Of a stretch of DNA of 64,000 bases, positions 60,306-64,000 are shown piece after piece. Location of the stretch: the NCBI GenBank assembly GCA_964248365.1, contig CAXTYC010000010.1, positions 73,303 through 137,302 on the forward strand. The letters are read 5' to 3'. A program made the translations under genes and the position numbers. How positions within the stretch are numbered: position 1 is the first letter of the stretch; every line of letters starts with the position of its first letter. This stretch comes from an uncultured Chroococcidiopsis sp. Lineage in GTDB: Bacteria > Cyanobacteriota > Cyanobacteriia > Cyanobacteriales > Chroococcidiopsidaceae. The notes under the pieces are model-generated. The model saw only the letters and a list, made by a program, of their open reading frames with translations, made no database searches and was not told the origin of the DNA.

Positions 60306-60977
60306 ATGGTGACAACGCAGCAGCCCTCGACTAAGCAGGATATCCTGCAACATTTGCTCAAGCAGGGGATGGCGACTGCACACGACTTAGCAATAGAACT
60401 TAATATTAGTCCCCAAGCAATTCGCCGCCATCTTAAGGATATGGAGGCGGAGGAGTTAATCTTATACCAAACAGTGCAGGTGGGGATGGGTCGTCCACAG
60501 CACGTATATAAGCTTAGCAGTAAAGGGCGCGATCGCCTACGTCAAGAATTGGGCGAACAAGATAGTCATGGTAAATTTGCTGTTTCGCTGCTCGATACGT
60601 TAGCACAGACAGTAGGGCATGACCAAATGAGTGCCATTTTGCGTAAACAATGGGAACTTAAAGCACTAGAATACCGCGATCGCGTGGGTAATGGTTCGCT
60701 GCAAGAGCGAGTAGCCAATCTGGTAGAACTCAGAAAAGCTGAAGGTTACATGGCACAATGGTATTGTGTAGATGGAGATGCGGATAGAGATGGCGATCGT
60801 TTTATGCTAACAGAGCATAATTGTGCTATCTCCAATGTCGCCGCCTCTTTCCCCGTTGTGTGTGGACATGAATTAGAAATGTTTGCAACAGTTTTGCCAG
60901 ATTGTATTGTAGAGCGCACCAACTGGCTGATTAACGGCGAACACCGCTGCGGATACTTAGTGCAATTACGAACATAG
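60306..60977 (+). CDS. sufR: Fe-S cluster biosynthesis transcriptional repressor SufR
   Basis: HTH ISPQAIRRHL, MGRPQH, EHNC...VCGHE...CGY; divergent from sufB. Confidence 0.94.
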   Translation: MVTTQQPSTKQDILQHLLKQGMATAHDLAIELNISPQAIRRHLKDMEAEELILYQTVQVGMGRPQHVYKLSSKGRDRLRQELGEQDSHGKFAVSLLDTLAQTVGHDQMSAILRKQWELKALEYRDRVGNGSLQERVANLVELRKAEGYMAQWYCVDGDADRDGDRFMLTEHNCAISNVAASFPVVCGHELEMFATVLPDCIVERTNWLINGEHRCGYLVQLRT

Positions 60978-61040
60978 TAGCATAATCTATAAATTTCTTT
61001 TGCAACTACCAATTACCAGCCCAGTTATAGACGCAATTTT

Positions 61041-61298
61041 ATGAATATTCAACAGCAACCATCAACGCAATTTTTAAGCCTGGAAGAATCAGCCAAGGTA
61101 GACGCTGCTTTGCTTACTTCCCCTGAAAAATTTTTAGCTAGATTAACGATTTCATCCCTGAGAATATTGCAGCATATTGCTCAAGAATACAATGTAAAAA
61201 TTGAAGATTTAACAGCGCAGCAGATAATCGATTGGTTTGAGAAGGATGGGAAGGTTAGGCGAGAGCAAGGAATTGATGCTGCTTATTTGAAGTGGTAA
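61041..61298 (+). CDS. Small hypothetical protein (85 aa)
   Basis: ATG-started ORF with protein-like composition, followed by a hairpin. Confidence 0.7.
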   Translation: MNIQQQPSTQFLSLEESAKVDAALLTSPEKFLARLTISSLRILQHIAQEYNVKIEDLTAQQIIDWFEKDGKVRREQGIDAAYLKW

Positions 61299-61322
61299 AA
61301 AAAGATATCTTTAAATAGATTA

Positions 61323-61357
61323 ACCCTCCTAACCAATAGGGGGGTATTTTGTATTTC
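61323..61357 (+). terminator. Possible intrinsic terminator after the 85-aa gene
   Basis: accctccta-accaa-taggggggt followed by attttgtattt. Confidence 0.45.
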
Positions 61358-61439
61358 CCTGAGTTGTTCCTCCCTTATAAAGGGGGTTAGGGGGATCATC
61401 TTCCTGGGAACGACGCTAGCGACAAGCGTGCAACACCAA

Positions 61440-61484
61440 TTGACGAAACTATTAAGTCAAGCATATAGTGTTTGGTTGACTTAA
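61440..61484 (+). promoter_or_regulatory. Putative sigma70-type promoter of the Argonaute gene with an overlapping 9-bp inverted repeat
   Basis: TTGACG (61440-61445), 18-nt spacer, TATAGT (61464-61469); ttaagtcaa (61452-61460) / ttgacttaa (61476-61484). Confidence 0.45.
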
Positions 61485-63671
61485 ATGCATATTTCAAATA
61501 TGACAATTCATGAACTGAGCTTTAAATCTGTAAATGCAATTTCACCAGTCTCTTACTACAATCATCGGATAAGATTAAAAGAAGCGATCGCACCTGATAA
61601 ATTAGCATCCGAGTTAGGCTCGTTAGCTTCACATCTACGTCGGATTACTAAAACGCCTGTAGTAGCAGACACAGCGGAATTTTGCTTACTTAGTCCCTAC
61701 GAATTAACAACTGATGATACTTTTGAGATATTCTCAGTTTTAGCCGTAGATATAACCGCTACTAGATATCGTCGTCAGCTACAGCAGTTACTCAATCAAT
61801 GCCTGTGTGATTTCTTTCGTAGTCAGCGTTTGAGAGTAGATGCTTATAAACATAAAGCTTATTTATAAAAAGTACAAATTTCTGATGAAATTGAAGCACA
61901 AAGAGTTGTGCAATGGAATCTACGAATTGATAATAACAACTACGTATTTCTAGCAATTGATTATAGCAACGAATACCATAGCCTTTATCCTCTAGAGCAT
62001 GGTAACTTATCAACACTAGCCCCAGAGCAAGCGTTAGTTCATACTTATGATGGTAAAACTTGCCAATATGTGGGTATATCTGGATTTACTGTCTCAGAAC
62101 CCCAAACAGAATTAGGTAATGTCAGCTTACTAGAATACCATCGTCGCAAAGGAGAAGTGCCTGAACAAATCCTGAATGCTATTCCTCCAGAAACTCCTGC
62201 TATATTTGTTAAATATGGCTCAGTGGGAAATACTTTTATTGGTTCCCACATCCCTCAATTACTAAAAAAGTCCTTTACTAAAGATGACATTGAATCAAGA
62301 ATATTTAATGCTCGAGTTTTATCTATAGATGACCGATTTAAAAGAGCAATTAAGGGAATTGAGCAAATCAACTCTTCTGGGGTATTAAATATCCCAGGTA
62401 TGAATATTACCTTTAATACTCAACCATATTTACCGAACACTCAAATTAATTATATCAAAGTTAGCTCGAATAAAATAACTAATAAGTATGAAAATAATCT
62501 TGATTTTGGTAAAGGTGTGTTTGGTAGCTATCCAAGTCAAGGGTTAGCAAAACGAAGATTACTAGAAACACCAATCAACCCTATCAAAACAGTAATTTTC
62601 CATCCTGATAGTTTTAATGTTGTAAATTGGTGCAATGTTTTTAGAAGCTTTTTGACAAGTTTTAAAATCAATCTAGAATTCACCGAATTTCGCTCCTACA
62701 CTGTAGGCAATATGCTAGACATTCAAAGAAAATGTCGGGATTTGGGTAAATATGACCTTGCCTTGATGTTTGTACCAGATAAAGAAACATTTAGATCTAC
62801 ACCAAAATCTGACCCATATCCTATTCTGCGAAGACAGTTCATCAAGACGATGCTACCTTCTCAGGCGATAGAAGAAAGCACATTACGCTCTGGCTTTGAT
62901 AGTCCAAAAGGATATAACCTGCTGCTGCAAATTTTGGGTAGATTGGGTTATTGTCCTTGGCAACTTAAAAATATGCCTGGACAAGCTCAAGCTTTTCTAG
63001 GTTTGGATATTGGGCGCAAAGATGGTTTAGCTGTTGGTGTAGCTGCTTTTGTTGTCAGTCCGCAAGGCAAGGTTATTAGTTGGTTTCCATCTACATTTCA
63101 GGCACACCGCGAAACTTTTGATATATCAGCTTTACGTCAAATTATTTTTGATTTAGTAAATGTTTATGAGCAAAAATATCCAGATGCTCTAAATCATCTA
63201 GTTATTCACAGAGATGGAAATTTTCAAGCAGATGAACTTGACTTACTAGATACACTAACACCAGAGTTAAAACAAGCAGGAATTCAAAAATTAGATTTGG
63301 TAGAAATTCTTAAGTCAGGATACACCCGTGCTGCTCAGTGGAACGAAAGCTCCCAAAAATGGGAAAATCCACGTAGAGGATGGGCATGGTCTATATCTGA
63401 TGATGAAGTTGCTTTAATGACGGTGGGACAAAAAGAAATAAAAGGAGGAACTAACTTTGTTCCGCGTCCCATTGTAATACGACGGCGGCGGGGTGATACC
63501 AGCCCTGGAATTTTGGCTGCTCAAGTTTATTGGCTAAGTGAAATGCACGTTGGTTCAACTCAAACAATTCGCTTACCAATTACCACTTACTATCCCGATA
63601 AAGCTGCTGAGTTTGCTTTAGAAGGATTGTTACCAACAGGATTGCAAAGTAGTGGTAAATTGCCTTTCTAA
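61485..63671 (+). pseudogene. ago: Long prokaryotic Argonaute (N-PAZ-MID-PIWI) interrupted by a single in-frame TAA at 61866-61868
   Basis: ORFs 61485-61868 and 61908-63671 share a frame (...HKAYL*KVQISDEIEAQRVVQW...), 728 codons in total. PIWI motifs FLGLDIG, HRET, VIHRDG, LVEILKSG, TIRLPITTYYPDK give a DEDD tetrad. Family call is strong; pseudogene vs split gene is unresolved. Confidence 0.85.
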
Positions 63672-63800
63672 TTTTTCATCCCCATCGGAACCGCAATATT
63701 TTTGTTCCCAGCTGTGAGACTGAGAACAAGGCGTGTCTGCAACTCCAGAGATAAAAGCAAAGTGGCGTTGCACAACTAAGAGATTGATCTTCTTTGTTTT

Positions 63801-63827
63801 CCTTAGCGCCTTTGCGTCTTTGCGTGA
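63801..63827 (-). repeat. Short dispersed repeat (tcacgcaaagacgcaaaggcgctaagg)
   Basis: ccttagcgcctttgcgtctttgcgtga on the plus strand. Confidence 0.65.
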
Positions 63828-63866
63828 CACTATCATACAGACAAGATGCAACGCCGAATACACAAC

Positions 63867-63900
63867 AAAAAAGCGCCTCCCTAAAAGGAGAGCGCTTTTT
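63867..63900. terminator. Bidirectional intrinsic terminator downstream of psbA
   Basis: aaaaaagcgcctcc-ctaaa-aggagagcgcttttt; GC stem with A and T tails. Confidence 0.75.
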
Positions 63901-63920
63901 GTATTAGCTATAAGCTAGAA

Positions 63921-64000
63921 TTAACCATTGATGCTAGGAGCTTCAACTGCTGCCAAGTCTAGGGGGAAGTTGTGAGCGTTACGCTCGTGCATTACTTCCA
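63921..64000 (-). CDS. psbA: Photosystem II D1 protein, 3' end only
   Basis: Manual translation EVMHERNAHNFPLDLAAVEAPSING*. Confidence 0.95.
   Translation of the reverse strand, partial: EVMHERNAHNFPLDLAAVEAPSING

Larger units (their letters stand above)
241..61591. repeat. HIP1 octamer (GCGATCGC) dispersed throughout the window
   Basis: Many exact copies in coding and intergenic DNA (e.g. 241-248, 61584-61591); hallmark of many cyanobacterial genomes. Confidence 0.95.

Noticed and set aside
63630..63918. 77-aa and 61-aa ORFs downstream of Argonaute as partner genes
   Set aside because: They run through a dispersed repeat and the psbA terminator and have no protein-like features.

Overview
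Cyanobacterial chromosome segment: dense HIP1 GCGATCGC octamers, heptamer STRR tracts, suf/sufR genes and a psbA 3' end. Left to right: (1) a pix/tax-type phototaxis operon on the minus strand, PatA-CheY-CheW-two cyanobacteriochrome MCPs-CheA, running off the left edge; (2) a ~24 kb plus-strand polysaccharide cluster (rfbF, lhgO, epimerases, C-methyltransferase, putative 2OG-Fe(II) oxygenase, DUF4910-like protein, GT4s/GT2s, PIG-L deacetylase, HepC-like, Wzx, Wzy-like, secreted glycoside hydrolase); (3) a decayed class-III aminotransferase carrying a 117-bp in-frame mini-element; (4) recR (probably ACG start), pentapeptide lipoprotein, Ser/Thr kinase-WD40, era, pfkA; (5) a CHASE3 hybrid kinase-CheR-CheB-hybrid kinase module; (6) a Uma2 gene, sufBCDS with divergent sufR and its two operators; (7) a long prokaryotic Argonaute with an intact DEDD tetrad but split by one in-frame TAA; (8) a psbA 3' end with a short, plastid-like 9-residue D1 extension. 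The most striking unexplained signals are the orientation-dependent synonymous-codon skew around two inverted short repeats inside the suf operon, the interrupted Argonaute, and the attP-like mini-element. All calls come from reading the sequence by eye; no database searches were run.
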